A stretch of DNA of 63,949 nucleotides, filler included, from Conidiobolus incongruus B7586 (lineage: Eukaryota): the NCBI GenBank assembly GCA_000697335.1. It is 6 parts of 6 records of this genome, joined end to end, with 100 filler letters (N's around TTAATTAATTAA, not from the genome) between each part and the next. Parts side by side here need not be neighbours in the genome. Positions count along the whole stretch, not along the records: positions 1 to 19,915 come from JNEM01006020.1; 5 more parts are not named here. The stretch is one strand, 5' to 3'. Below, piece after piece: positions 1 through 17,849 of the stretch. Below the pieces are notes generated by a model, which saw only the letters and a list, made by a program, of their open reading frames with translations, did no database searches and was not told where the DNA came from. How positions within the stretch are numbered: the first letter of the stretch is position 1; each line of letters starts with the position of its first letter. A program made the translations under genes and the position numbers.

Positions 1-547
1 GATTAACTATTAAAAGACTTACCGCTCTCTCAGCATTTTGAATATAATATTCTTTATTGACGTTAGAGTTAGGAACAGCGGACTGAACATCTAAACCGGT
101 ATCTCTGACTTGTACTGGTAAATTAAATTGAAGGTCGAGAATACAAGTTTGGCAGACATTTTTCACTCTAGCGCAAGTGGTACAAATTTCGGTCTTCTTA
201 AACCTTGAGTTTGAGCCTGGGTTCCAACGAAATACAGTAAAAGGTCTATTACAAATCTATATAAAAATGAATAAATAACAACTTAATAAACTAAACTTAT
301 TTACTTTGCATTCATTTCCATATTGTTCTTTAATCTAAATTTTAAATAATTTTACTATTACAAAGCTATCCAATAAAAATATAAAAATAAGTCAATACCA
401 TTCTAACATAGGGATTTTCACCTAAGCAAGTTTCACACAAAATTGGAAATTCCTAAAGTCATCAAATTAAGTAAAAACCTATATAAATTATTGATATTAT
501 ATTACAGATGTTTCCCATTGAATTTTATTATTTTCAACTTTAGCCAT
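1..547 (-). CDS. SLT11: Pre-mRNA splicing factor Slt11/Ecm2/RBM22, 5' part (continues beyond window start; multi-exon)
   Basis: Manual splicing gives [56 protein letters not shown]...[33 protein letters not shown], the conserved N-terminal zinc fingers of RBM22/Slt11. GT-AG introns. Confidence 0.93.
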
Positions 548-1190
548 TTTTATTTATTCAATAAGTTTAAAATTATCTTAAATAAAAATCACATATCTGA
601 AATCTAATTTTATAATTTCAAAATTTAATAATTGTTTTATGGGAATATTTTTTGTAAGAAAATAAAAGTGAATTAATAATAAAAATTGTTGGTTTTAAGT
701 TCGTTATAATATGTATTTCTATACTATAGAAGCGTATCTTTAAAATTAAAAAGTAAGAGGCAAATAATGACTGGTTTGAATTTTTACATTATGTATAGAC
801 TAAGACAGTATAATCAACTCATAATGGTTTGCTCGATAGTGGTTTGTAATGAATTTTTTAATAAATTACAATGATATAAATGACATAATGTTTGATAATT
901 TATAAAAATATAAGTCTTAAATTTTCATATAATTTGTTTATCTACAAGATAGATTTTGGCATTAATTGTCATGTAAGTCTTTAATAGTTTGTAACAGTTG
1001 GATATATATAATTATACTAAATGATAATTGTGATATTCACTTTAAGTTTATCTATATAAGTATAATAAAAAACTGATAAATATCTAAGTATAGATTGTGA
1101 ATTTTCTAATCTATATATAAATCAAATATATCTTGTTAAATTTTGTACTTTATATATGATAATAAATTTAAATATTAAAAATACTCCAAA

Positions 1191-1388
1191 TTAAAGGGCC
1201 AATAAATCACCATAGTTTTGTAAAATGTAAACGGCAGCACCAAAAACGCCAACGTTAAAGGCGACGTTTAAGTTTCCGGCAAAAGTTTGGGGATCCAAAA
1301 TTTCTTGACGAATAAATCTGGTGATGAAGTTTTCGTTTTCATTCTTCTTAGGATTAGGATCGGAAAAATGATTGAATGGGCGAGACAT
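1191..1388 (-). CDS. TOM6: Mitochondrial import receptor subunit Tom6-like small tail-anchored protein (65 aa)
   Basis: Single-exon ORF with a C-terminal TM segment, NLNVAFNVGVFGAAVYILQNYGDLL, resembling Tom6 (N/S.G.F.A.V.....W/YG(D/E)LL). TCCCATA promoter motif ~93 nt upstream. Confidence 0.65.
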   Translation of the reverse strand: MSRPFNHFSDPNPKKNENENFITRFIRQEILDPQTFAGNLNVAFNVGVFGAAVYILQNYGDLLAL

Positions 1389-3082
1389 TTTATACTACTG
1401 GATTTTATATGGTATTAAAAGTAATGCTTTTCATCAATTGTTACAAAATTGAATTTATAATTTAAATTTTAAGAAATTTTTATGGGATCGTAGTCAAACT
1501 TTCAAATAATAAATCATTATATTGCTAAGTTTTTGATTAAATTATTCATGTCATTGCTGTAAACTTATACCAGGAAATATTATTGGACTGTAGTTTAAGA
1601 ATAAAGAATTATTGTATATTATATATTTTTCTTTCATATATTTGGGTTTTTATATCAAACTTCATTTTAACTCTTTGAATAGAATATTTATTTCTTAATA
1701 TTGGTTATTTGCAACCTTGATCTTGAATCAAAAAATGGTTAATATTTGCTAAATTTAAAAATATAATCATCTTTTAATAAATTACTTGTGTGTTTTGTAC
1801 ATATTTTGATAGATATTATAAGTTCATTAAATGCTTTGATGAGCTATTATTTATAGTAATTAATGAATTTTATACTATATTGAGAAATAACATATATCAA
1901 TATATTTTATATTATAACTAAAAATCGATATATTTAATATTCAGCAGCTATTCATTTCCATAATATTTTTAAGATTTTGAATACCTTAGAATTAATTGAT
2001 GTATACAAAGTTTGAAAAATAACCTGATAAAAAGGATTCAAAATTTAAATTTTTATATTTATAATTTATCAACAATCAACCATAATATATATATTTTCAT
2101 TATATGATTCACTGTATTTTTTAATTTTAAATTTATAGCAAATAAGAGTAGATTGCTTAACTCTGCAAATTTAGGTTGAATAATAGTTTATTGTATCTCT
2201 CTCAGTAATGAGAATAATCGATCTGATAAAATTATTTATTATTGATACTAATATACGATCTATTAACTATTATTTTTAAAATTTATAATTAACCAAAACT
2301 AGAATTCTTTAAAATCCGTATTTTAGTCTTGATATTGAAAAATCATTTCAAAGTTTAAATATTAATAAATTTGAACCATAATTAATCTTGTTTCATTGTT
2401 TATTCTTATTTTTTGTATTATCAAGCTTGGATGATTTATTAATAAAATTATTTATTTGACATTACATGAATATCTTGGCCCATTAAAATACCAATAGCTA
2501 TACAATCTGATTGTTTTTTGATAATTATAATATAAATGTAAACGATTGCACACATTGCTTAGATACTCTTTCATATCTGGTTATACCAATTTAATTGACA
2601 CTTTTCAGTGGAGGGTAGTATATTAATGATAAGTCAAAAATGATATCAAACTTATAACTCGATTTACTGACTGATTTATAAATAAAATGAGATCAATAAG
2701 ATATATTTTGTATATTATATTTTTGTGAACCTAAAATTCATTTAGTGAAGATTACTGTTGTGACGTGAACTTAAGTGAAACCATTACATTATGGATTAAT
2801 CTAGGGCCTGTGAATGGGTAGTTGTGAATTATTTTCCAATCATTTTACAACACGAGAATCAGAATTGCGAGTTTGAAATTTGACTGAATTAGGATTTTGG
2901 GATTGGATTTTGACTGAGTAAATGCTTTGTATAAATTAATACTAAATCTATGCTGATTGGACAATTCATAAACCACATTCACTATTTGTATTTTATTCAT
3001 CAGTCATCATATTTAAACTATTTTGGGTGCAAGTCTTTTTCGACCGTTTTTCCAACCTAATTTGCTCTAAATATACTAAATC

Positions 3083-4623
3083 ATGACTTTCAGAGCGCTA
3101 CATTTAATGCGCCCTTTTGTGGCCTTCATTCCTGAAGTTGCTTCTCCAGATCGCAAGGTACACATCAGCCTTCATTATTCTCAGCCCATCTTTTGCTAAT
3201 CTAATATTAATCTTAAATAGATCCCTTTCAACCAAAAGATCTTGTGGACAGCAATCACTTTATTCATTTTCTTAGTATGTTCTCAAATCCCCTTATACGG
3301 TATTATGTCTTCTGATTCCTCAGATCCTCTTTATTGGATGAGAGTTATTCTTGCCTCCAATCGTGGTACTCTTATGGAACTTGGTATTACTCCTATTATT
3401 ACCTCTGGTATGATTTTACAAATGCTTTCTGGAGCCAACTTGCTCGAGGTCGACTACAGCGTTCGTGAAGATCGTGCTCTTTTTGGTGCTGCTCAAAAAT
3501 GTAAGTATTTTATCTTAATTTTTTCTTCTAGTTTTTAAACCCAGTTATAGTATTCGCCATTATTCTCACTCTCGGTCAAGCTATTGTTTCCGTTGTTTCT
3601 GGTACTTTTGGACCTGCCTCCAACTTGGGATTGGGTGTCTGTTTACTTTTGATTTTCCAATTGGCTATGGCTGGTATTATTGTCATTTTACTTGATGAAC
3701 TTCTCCAAAAGGGATACGGTTTGGGTTCTGGTATCAACTTATTCATTGCCACCAACATTTGTGAAAACATTATCTGGAAAGCTTTCAGTCCCAACACTTA
3801 TAACATTGGTAAGGGCGCTCAATTTGAAGGGGCTGTCATTGCTTTATTCCACCTTTTATTCACTCGCAGAAACAAGTTCTCCGCTCTTTATGAAGCTTTC
3901 TTCCGTTCCAACTTACCCAATATTACTAACTTGTTAGCTACTGCTTTCATTTTCGCCCTTGTTATTTACTTGCAAGGTTTCCGTATTGAAATTCCTGTCA
4001 AATCTGCTCGTATGCGTGGATCTCGTGGTAGCTTTCCTATCAAATTGTTTTACACTTCCAACATGCCTATTATGCTTCAATCTGCTCTCACTTCTAACTT
4101 GTATATGGTTTCTCAAATGCTTTACACTCGTTTCCCCAATAACTTCTTTGTCCGTATGTTCGGTGTATGGGAAATTAAAGAAGGTACTCACCAATTATTT
4201 GCCATCTCCGGTTTGGCCTACTATCTCAGTCCTCCTTCCAGCATCATGGATGTTTTCAAGGATCCCATTCATTTTTCCATCTATGTTACTTTCATGTTAG
4301 GTGCTTGTGCCTTATTCTCCCGTACTTGGATTGAAGTTTCTGGATCTTCTCCTCGTGATGTTGCCAAGCAACTCAAAGATCAACAAACTGTCATTGCTGG
4401 TCACCGTGATACCTCCATGTATAAGGTTTTGAAGCGCGTTATTCCTCAAGCTGCCACTGTTGGTGGTTTACTTATTGGTTTATTATCAGTTGTTGCTGAT
4501 TTAATGGGCGCTATTGGTTCAGGAACTGGTATCTTATTAGCCGTTACTATCATCTACCAGTACTTCGAAATGTTTGTTCGTGAACAACAAGAAGCTGGTG
4601 GCATGCCCGGTATGATGCAATAA
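3083..4623 (+). CDS. SEC61: Protein translocon subunit Sec61 alpha (exons 3083-3157, 3221-3500, 3551-4623)
   Basis: Motifs [61 protein letters not shown]. Two canonical introns restore the frame. Confidence 0.98.
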
Positions 4624-6038
4624 GAATATTGAATTGTATCAATTTTCTAATACCATATCCAATTTTTGTCATTATTAAAAATAACATTTCATAAAATCTA
4701 ATACAACATAATATGTCTCCAAATGTCTCTGTATGTTATTTTTATCATTTATGATATATATATATATATATTAGTAACTTTTTGTAATTGATATTAAAAT
4801 ATATGTTGTAAATTTGTCAATTTAAATTTTTCCAAGTCACATACATTTCTTCAACTTGATTGTGATATATTAGATATCAGTTGAAATCTGATCCTAATTA
4901 TAATTAAAATATCTTAATATATTTATTTACAGGCCTTGGAAAAGAAATATTGCTATTATATATTTAATATCAAATGAGAACATAATCTATATTTTATTAT
5001 TAACATATCAACCGAGATTGCTTGATTAAATTTTATTATTTGGGATTGTAATGTCAAAATTTTATTTTAATAAATTTAGTAATAATTCTAAATTCCAAAC
5101 TTGACAATTTAGTAAAGATTCAAATACTCAATTAATTTTTCTGAAATAAAAAAATCAATATTATAAATAATACTGAGTAATAATATGTATAGTTAATTAA
5201 AATAACTCTAATATCAAGTAACGATATGTTCAGTTGAATATATATATATAAATGAAATATCTGTTCACAATATTGATAATATAATCAAGTATTAGTGTGA
5301 ATCACAATCATTTTATTAAAAGTTAAATCATATGTATATGAAGCAGGTACTATTATTATAAATTTTATAGAATATATTGGAAGTAAACATTTTTAAAAAA
5401 GACTATATTTATAATAAAATTTTTAATACAGAGATCAGAGAATAGCTTAATACTGATTAAGGGTTCGAAAAACATTTTGTTCAATCAAGATTGTGAGTAC
5501 TGCCCTTGAAAATTACATTTTTTGATCTTTAAATACATTGAATTTAATCTAATAACTCAATTATTCAAGTTTTTGTAATAAAAATAATTCTTTAAGTTTG
5601 ATTAAATAAATATAAAATATGTTCTAATAATACGTTGATTAATCCTTAAAATAAAAATGTATGGTATTCATTAATTATACTATTAATAGTATATTAAACA
5701 AAGTTATGAAATTCTAAAAAGTAAAAAAGTATGAAAAAAAGAGTTTTATTGAATATAGAGAGGTGTTAGTTTAAATTGATATTTGAATAAGATTAAATTT
5801 AAATTTATCAAATGTCTTGGAATTTTATACTCATAATATCATATTATTAGTATGCTTGTTATGATCATCCTTAAAACGAATCATAATTAATTTTATCAAA
5901 AGGAATTGGAACGGATAAAAATGAGATACTGGGTTAGTTAGATGATTCGACCAAATAAATTCATGAGTGAATTCGATAAAATAAAATAAAGTCTAATTAA
6001 GAATACAATAGGGGAGTTTAGGTCAATTGATATAGTTT

Positions 6039-7287
6039 TTATATCAGTTGACCGTGAGCAAAACTTCTGGCTCCAGTATAACCTAAAAAATGATTAATTA
6101 TCAACTCGATCGAAAATGGATAATTTATTTACCCATTAGACAGATATACTGAAAGTCAATATTGGCTGATGTCCCCGCGGATCTTAGTAATTTAAGTCCA
6201 ACGTATCGACAGGATCTAAAGGATCAATTCAAATTAGTATATAATAGAAAGAAATTAATAGAAAGATTACCTATGGTTAAGTTTGGCACTTTGGTAATAG
6301 TTTGTGTTAAGAGTGAGTTGAAAGTAATGATCTGGAATAAGGGAAGAGTTAGGCCATGGGAATTTATCAGGTTGTTCTTTACAGCGATTGTAGTCTTGTA
6401 GAGTGAAATTATCATAAAGTCTCATATCTATAGATGTAGAAATGGGTTTAATACTTTTGAAATTTGCAAACAAAAAGTAATTATAAATTACCCTCTAAAG
6501 ATATATTATGGTGTGAAATAAATAATAGACAATCAGTACCTGAATGAAAATTAGTAAAATGTAAAATTTAATTTGAATCTAGATTTACAAGGAGCTGTAT
6601 AGTTGTTATTAGAAGGAGATTTAACTGTTACTCCAGTAATAACACAGGAGTGGTCCATTACTCCGCTATTTCCAGAGTTAAATTTTAGTACTATATTAAT
6701 ATTTTCGCTCTTAATAGAACTAAATAAAATGTTAGTCAAATTTTTATTATATAACTCAAATGTTACATATACCAATAGACATAATCATCATTATGTAATA
6801 TATTAGGAATTGAGCAACCATAACTAAAAAATTAATGTTCAATTATCGTTAAAATTATTTTATAAAACACTTACTTGTAATCGCCACCATCGGATTTAAC
6901 AATATCAAAATGTAAAGGGAATTCACCGTTAACGGTAGTAAACTCGTTGGAGAAATTTTTAACTATAGAAATTGTTCTGTTATCGGGTATCTGGGCTTGT
7001 CTCCTATGACTACTATGGGGACCATTATGATTTAAAGGGTTAATGCGACTCCTTCTTCGTAATTGTCTACTAGCATAACCAGCTTCCAGAGAGCGAGAGT
7101 GGATATTATTTAACAAATCGGCTAATGCACTGGAAAGCGGGGATTGTGTACGTCTTTCTGAAAAAATTGTATGATTGTATAATTGAATAGAGGCGGAGTG
7201 AGGTTCTGAATTGCTACTATTATTTCTATTATTATTATCGATAGCGCTGTTATTATTGTTATTGGTATTATTAAGTATATCTCTCAT
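6039..7287 (-). CDS. Conserved fungal hypothetical protein with Asn-rich N-terminus and probable galactose-binding/discoidin (muskelin-N-like) domain; multi-exon
   Basis: Spliced product ...LHFDIVKSDGGDY.YGCSIPNILHNDDYVYCS...NINIVLKF...CVITGVTVKSP...YTAPC...RYVGLKLLRS...NIDFQYICLMGYTGARSFAHGQLI*. Short GT-AG introns keep the frame open. The domain call is from recalled motif pattern only. Confidence 0.6.
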
Positions 7288-8299
7288 TTTAAATTTTTTA
7301 AATGAAAAGATTAAAAATGAAATTTAAGTTTCATTGAAATTTTGATTAAAAATAAATCCAATCACTGTGAATCAATTGATCAATTTTTAGATTTTGGGAT
7401 GATTAAATTTTAAGTCAAATTTTGATTTATCAATAATAATTCATTGTTCTTTTAATTTTATTCATCCTTAAATCAATTTAATAATATTTTATAAATTGTT
7501 TTATATATTTTAACGATACTTATTATAACAATTGCTATGATTAATATTTTTTATAATTTCATAATATAACATGATGATTATTAATATAAAATAAATTAAG
7601 TTTGCTAGTGTCAAAATAGCAAATACAAATTATTTGATTCACCATGATTTTCTAAATTTATCAGTTTTGATCTTTGAAAGAATATTTTTTTAGTAAAACT
7701 GAACACAATATATTACTAATTTCAATCAAATATTTAATTGATACTGGTTCATTTGCAGAAGATAGAATTAGCGGCATTAGGTCATTTAAGGGATGGATGA
7801 AATTTTATTATTTTTACTCAAGTTCACAGCTATAATTGTTCCTATTCAATTAAAATCAAATGTGATTGTTATTAAAAATAGTCACATTATAAATTTGATA
7901 AATGATAGATAGCTACATTTATTTTATTAAATCAATTATTAATATAATAAACTGATATCAATATTATATTGGATGAAAGTCATTTAATATATATCATTTA
8001 ATGATATGTAACATATATTTGTAATATAAATATATACAATGTCATTTGTTTGATAAACTGATTTTAAATATATAATTATAACAACTCTATGAATTAGAAT
8101 TTTATGATATATATATTAAATTAAAAAAGATGACGTGAGTTAATATACTAATTAATCTAAAGTTTATTATTTTATCATTTAATAAAATGAGGTTAATAGA
8201 TATTGATTCAATGCCAAAATAGTAAAGCTTATTAATATAAATGATGAATAATATACATCCAAAGAAGTTGTAATTAAATATAAATGATAGAAATCTATA

Positions 8300-9166
8300 C
8301 TAGTGTTTCTTTCCCTTTCCTTTGGATTTCTTATAGCCTTTGAATCTATTTCTAGCGTATTCTTTACCACCTGAAGTTTTAGCTTCTTGAATTTCATTAT
8401 ATTTTCTCTTGAAGTAATCTCTAGATTTATCGTCAGCCAAAACCTCTTCAACTAGAGTACTCTTACGATCCTTCTTATTAATTCTAGAGCTGTAAAATTC
8501 TGAAGCATGCTCGATAACTGTACCAAACTAGGAAATTATATTAGCCAAATTATTAAAATGATTCAAAATATAAAAATTACTTGGAAGAATTTGGGTAATT
8601 CTTTGCTATTGTCCTTCTTGTAGAATCTCTTACGATCTAAAACATTTCTAAGTTTAATAATGTGTAGATCTCGCTTAGCTTCCTCTGTAAGGGGAGTAGC
8701 TGGCAAGTTAAACCATTTGGGACCAGCACTGGCAGCTTTTTCCTAAATAATTAGTCAATATTTTGATAATAATAGAATTGTAGTAGTAAAATACTTTTCT
8801 GGCTTCTTGTCTCTTAGTCATATCGTATTTTCTAACGGATTGATCCATCTTCAAAGTTTGTAAACCCTTCTTAGCCTTTTCGATATTGTTGGTAGATAAA
8901 TAGTTAGGGTCTTGAAGATCAATTAATTGTGTTTGTAGCTTGCAAATACCAGTCTTGGGATCGACCTGGAAATACTTATCGTCGTCCAAATTGGGGGGTG
9001 GCATATTTAAATAATCCAAATTTAGTTGATTGCCTTCAATAGGTTGAGGTGTGAGGTTGTTTAAATCTAATAAAGCATGATCTAAAAATTGATCAATAAA
9101 TTCAGGATCCTGATCTAATTCGGTGATGTCTAAAGTTTCTGGGAATTCAAATTCTTGAGAAGTCAT
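8300..9166 (-). CDS. FCF2: Pre-rRNA processing protein Fcf2 (DNTTIP2 family); 2 introns
   Basis: Spliced C-terminus [39 protein letters not shown]...[37 protein letters not shown] is the Fcf2 domain. Confidence 0.93.
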
Positions 9167-9355
9167 TATTGAATTGAAATTAATGTATATTGTCAATATT
9201 GATTTAATGAATGATAAAGAATAATGGTGAAGGAAAAAAATAGATTAATTTAAAGAAAAAAATATTGAGAATTATGGGATAGTAGGATATTAAAAAGGCA
9301 AGATTTTAATATTAAAAGAAATAAATTAGATTCAAGATTTAACTGTTCCTGACAT

Positions 9356-9428
9356 GCTGTCGTTGTGTAGTGGTTATCACATCTGCTTTACACGCAGAAG
9401 GTCCTCGGTTCGATCCCGGGCGATAGCA
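9356..9428 (+). tRNA. tRNA-Val (anticodon TAC)
   Basis: Cloverleaf: acceptor GCTGTCG/CGATAGC, anticodon arm TCTGC-TTTACAC-GCAGA, T-loop TTCGATC. Confidence 0.96.
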
Positions 9429-10952
9429 TTTAATTCATTCCTTTTTCATTTTCAACTAGTTTTTTATTTTCATTATTTCAATCAAGATTCACATAATAAT
9501 AATACTTTTTCCTTTGGTTTATTGAATATAGTACTCTTTGAACCAATTATATTCATTTTATCTTTATACCATCTAAACATTACTATCACAGGTTTATTTT
9601 GTCAATATTTAATGGATATGATTAGGTCATTTAATTTTATTTCCAATTATTGTATACCTTCAATAATATATCCTTTTTAATTATTTTTCTAAAAATTTCA
9701 TAGTATAATGATACTCACATTAACTCACATATATTATCAAATGATTATATTGATATATGATAATTATAAATTTATATTATATAGTATTTTCTATAATTGA
9801 TGTTTAAAAATTAAATTTCAAAGCAATGTTATATAATAATGAAATAACTATCAAACTGTGATGATAGTAATACAATAATAAAAGTATTGAAAACAAAGTT
9901 AATTTTGGATTCATTTGAATTGTAAACTATAATAAATTGAAACAAAATAAGATAGCATATGTCATCATAATCAGTTTAATATAACCTAAAAATTAAAATG
10001 AATAATTATAAACATGCCTTCAGATATTAAAATTAAATTAAAAAACGACGAAAACACTGGTCAATATATTTCACAAGTATATAAGTTCATCATTTACTAA
10101 TAAATTACGTTTTAATCCAAATACTCTTCAGAATCTGAATAAGTGTTCAAAATGCTTCAGATAATTATTTCGAATGTGTGTAATAACCTGATTCATAATT
10201 TTTTATTTCAACTGATAAGTTATTATTCTATAGAGAGATGAATATAAAATAATTAATTAATATGAGCTGAATACAAAAGAAATGGTATAATTTTTTGAAT
10301 GAGCAAAATGAGATCCATATTTAGAAATTTATTCTTATCAGGTTCTTAAGAATTCTATGAATTATTATACGAGTGTTGGAGACCAAAAAATAATGCAAGA
10401 GTAATTGATTTAGGATATTTCATTTAACACTTATTTCTAATTATTGTTTTTTAACATTGAAAAGTCAAATAGGGGCGTTTCGATCTCTAATTGACTACCA
10501 AAACTGAAAACTTTATGATTGAGATAAAAAAGTGGCTTTGTTTTTTAGGTTAGAATCTTTGACAGAAGAGGTATTGGTTAAATTATTATTAATATAGAAA
10601 TTATCTATAGGTACATCACATGAACAATATCAAAATTAATTTTAATTATTGGGATATTAATATGATATTATCATATAATAACATTAATCATGTCAATAAA
10701 TTTTGTTATTTAATGAATCTACTATAATATAGAATTAATATTAATTTATCAAGAAAAATCAATGAATTATTTCTATTGTTTATATTGTATATAATATTTT
10801 TGTAATTAAAATAAATTATTTAGATTAGATAAATATGAAACGGAATTTAATAACCCATAATTATAAAAATTATCAATTGTCTACAAAGAGATGTAAACAA
10901 AAAATTACAAATATATGAATTGTAATTTAAATAATTAATTGCATTTTTAAAA

Positions 10953-14454
<3,502 letters not shown>

Positions 14455-14726
14455 ATTTAGTGATTATTCAATATTTATTCGAAGAATTAAAACTAATAAA
14501 CCAATTGGAAATAATATCATAAACTTAAATTACTCAAAAATATATAATCGCCTATTTTTGGTATTCAATTCAAGGCATAAAAAAGGATTTAACATTCATA
14601 AAAATGCTGGAAAACAATGACAACAAGTTAATAGAGAAAGTAATATACCTTGATTGATGAGATCTATGGTTTATTAAAAATCGGGTGAACCAATGAATTA
14701 AACAGGTTAAAATTAAAATTAAAATA

Positions 14727-17700
14727 CTATAAATACAGTTGCTTCATGTCTTGCACACCGAATGGTTCATTACATTGAGGACATTTTCTCTGTCTAGTTG
14801 TAATTCGAGATTGAATACATTCTTCACAAAATACATGCATACAGCGATTTATAACATGAGACTTGAAGTTCAAATTACAAGCAGGGCATTTCAAAATTGT
14901 CTAAACTTGCATTTAGAAGGTAAGGATAATATGTATTTTATATATTTACCTTAAGATTATCGATCTTTTCATTTAACTCATCAATTAACATGGTATTACC
15001 ATTTGCCGAAAGTGAATCAATACGTTTGGTAGCTTGCTTGAGCTGCTCTTTTAACTCCGTATTGCTGTATCGTAACTCTTCAAGCTCTTTAGTCCTTTCA
15101 ACTAAATTCTGATCCATCTATAAATGGAAATTAGTCAATATATTGTAAAATATAGTATTAAAATTTACTTGTTTCATTTGACTTTCAAATACTTTCATTC
15201 GGTCAATAAATAGGAAGTTCTCTTGAGCATATGTTTTAGATTTGTTCTCTAATTCTAATAGACCATCTTTGTAAGCATTGACCTGTCGTTCAGCAATTGC
15301 CTGATATAATGTAAGAATTGAATGGTTAATGAAAATATAAATTTATGAATTACCAATTGAACAGTTTGGTTATTAATTCTTTCTTCTGCTTTGGCTATGT
15401 ACTCCGTTTGTTTATCATTTTGTCGCTTCAGAGATTGTATGAGTGTATTTAGTTGATTCTTTTCTTTAATGGATGAATTGAGTTTCTGTTCTAGTTTTGT
15501 TTGCTAATAAAAAACATTTTAATTTAAATGAAAAAAAAAAACTCTATTAAATCTCACCTCACTCATTAATTCTAATATCCTATCTTCTTTCTCTTTTAAG
15601 TTTAATATTTTACTAGATGCTTGATTCTGCAATATCGTCCATGACTGAAAAGCATTTTCAACTTCTTTAGCAAGTTGAGCTTGGGTAGTTTTTTGAATTT
15701 CTAGCTGCCTTTCAAGGTCGCGTATTCTATCTTTTTGACGCAAAATAATTTCACTTTCGTTGCCATTGGTTTCAATATTCGAATTATTATTTCCAAAGGA
15801 GTGGCCATTTTCTTTGGGGTATTTGGTAGTTGATAATAATTCCTAAATAAATGTAAGTTTATGTATATTTTGGCAATAGATAATTTTATACCTGAGGAAA
15901 AATAGCAGAACCACAAGAACATTTTTCTACTACTGACTGAAGGTGTTTTTCATAGGCAATTAATTTATCTCGATAATCTTCGGCAGTAGACAAATCATTG
16001 TTATTTTGAAGGAAGGAGAGGGCATCTTCATTACCAGAGAGAAAAGCAACCTTTGTTTGTAATCGTTGATTTTCGGATTTTAGTCGAGTGATTTGAATCT
16101 AATAAAGGTGATTAGTTTAAATACAGGTTAAAAACTATATGGTTTTACATTTTGAGATTCGGTTAAAGTCAAAAGGGCTTGTTTGTGATCCGATTGAGTG
16201 TCTTCTTTAGACTTGTATATTTGAACTTCTGTCAACAAATTATCCCTATGTTTTCTAACTCTTGTAAGATCATGGAGAGTTTTTGTCATAGAATTTTCTA
16301 AAAATTCGTTTCTTTTCGTTATTTGCTCCTATAAAATTAGTTAAGTTAACCATTATAAAATTAGATTTGATTTAGATATTACTTGAGCTTCCATAATCAG
16401 TTTGTTTTTATCTGCATGAAATTGCTGGATTTCATTTGATAATTCTTGAACTTTAGCATGAAGAATTTCATTTTCTGATTTCAGCCTGGCATTATTAAGT
16501 TGAGATTGATTAAACAAATATGATTCCTCAATTTTTTTCGTGGGCACCTCAAAAATCTGTAAAATAGGTTAATATAAATTCAAATAAATATAGTTTGTAA
16601 CTGACTTGAAGTTTTAATCTATCAAAGTCTATCTTAAGCTGAGTTTTTTCTTTGATTAGAGCCTCGATTTGTTTTTCATACTTCTCTTTAACCTTTTCGA
16701 TGTCTGGAGTGGTATCAGCAATTACTTGAGGCTCCGGAGCCTAATATTATGGTTAGAATTCGATACAAGAAAGTAGTAAAATATATTACTTTTGGTGTTT
16801 CAGCTTTTTCAGTCTCTTTCGGTGGATGCAACATAAGAAAATCAACTTTCTTTTCAGCCAATACTAATTTAGATTTAAGTTGTTCGATTTCTTCAAGCTT
16901 TTGCTGATATAAGGTTTTTTGTGCTTCCAAATCAGCTCTTAAGAGTCGGTTCTATTTATTGATATTAAAATTATGTAAAATATTTTTATTTTGGTTTTTT
17001 ACCTGCTCTTCAAGATTACTATTTATTGTATCAGAGTCGTCGTTATTAGATTGAGAGGTTGAATTAGTAAGAGACAAAAGCCATGTTTGACAACTTAAAA
17101 AACTTTTTATGTCGCTCTGTTGTAAAGAGGCTAAAATAATATTAATAAGAGATTATTTTGAATTAAAAAAGAATACCTTCATCTTGAGTAAATTTGGTAA
17201 TTAAATTATGAAGCTGTGATTTAAGAGGCATAAAATTGTTTTCGAGATACTTTGAAAAGGAGAGAAATTGAGTTTCAAAAACCTCAAGAGAATGATTTAG
17301 ATCTTCGGAGTTATAATCAATTTGAAAGAGATTAGATAAAAATATATCTAAATTAAAAGTAAAGAAAGTCAATATACAGATTTTTCTTTGTGAAAATTAT
17401 AATTAAGTTTCTGATACTTACCAGTCGATATTTTATCAAAATTGAAACCAAAAGATTTCATTAGAGGAAATAGATTATCTTGAAACTAAAATTATTTGGT
17501 TAGTAATATTATTAAAAGAATTTTAAGGATATTTAATATACTGTTAAAATTAGACAAGCTAAATTTTTCAATTTGTCCTTAAAATTATTATTTTGAAGCT
17601 CTTGAAATTCAAGTTTCTCGCTCAAATCTTGATTTTCACGTTTTATACTTTGAAGTTTTTTCCATATCGACTCTTTTTGAGCTTTGATAATTTCTTTCTA

Positions 17701-17849
17701 TTTAATAATCATATTAGTTTCCTTGATAATAGATTGAAATATAAAGCATATCATGTTACTTCATAGTAATTATGACTCCAATTTTCCAAGTCATTAGGTT
17801 TCGGAATATTATGATGAGTATAATAAAGTCCAGATGGTTTGGGAGGCAT
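14727..17849 (-). CDS. BRE1: E3 ubiquitin ligase Bre1 (H2B monoubiquitination); long coiled coil plus C-terminal RING; many introns
   Basis: Last exon TILKCPACNLNFKSHVINRCMHVFCEECIQSRITTRQRKCPQCNEPFGVQDMKQLYL* is a Bre1-type RING. Upstream exons are coiled-coil. The start at 17849 (MPPKPSG...) is inferred. Confidence 0.85.

Noticed and set aside
2761..2768. TGACGTGA as a UPR element for SEC61
   Set aside because: A single short match that also occurs at 8131 in an unrelated context; insufficient support.
3576..4300. Alternative-frame and antisense ORFs within SEC61 (likewise within TOR, HSP10, the repeat gene and VPS13)
   Set aside because: Shadow ORFs of genuine coding exons, with no independent motifs.
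7230..7275. AAT/AAC microsatellite-like runs (also ~28470 and ~41080)
   Set aside because: Ordinary poly-Asn coding tracts common in AT-rich genomes.
9354..9680. 108-aa ORF
   Set aside because: It overlaps the tRNA-Val gene, and the remainder is low-complexity AT-rich translation.
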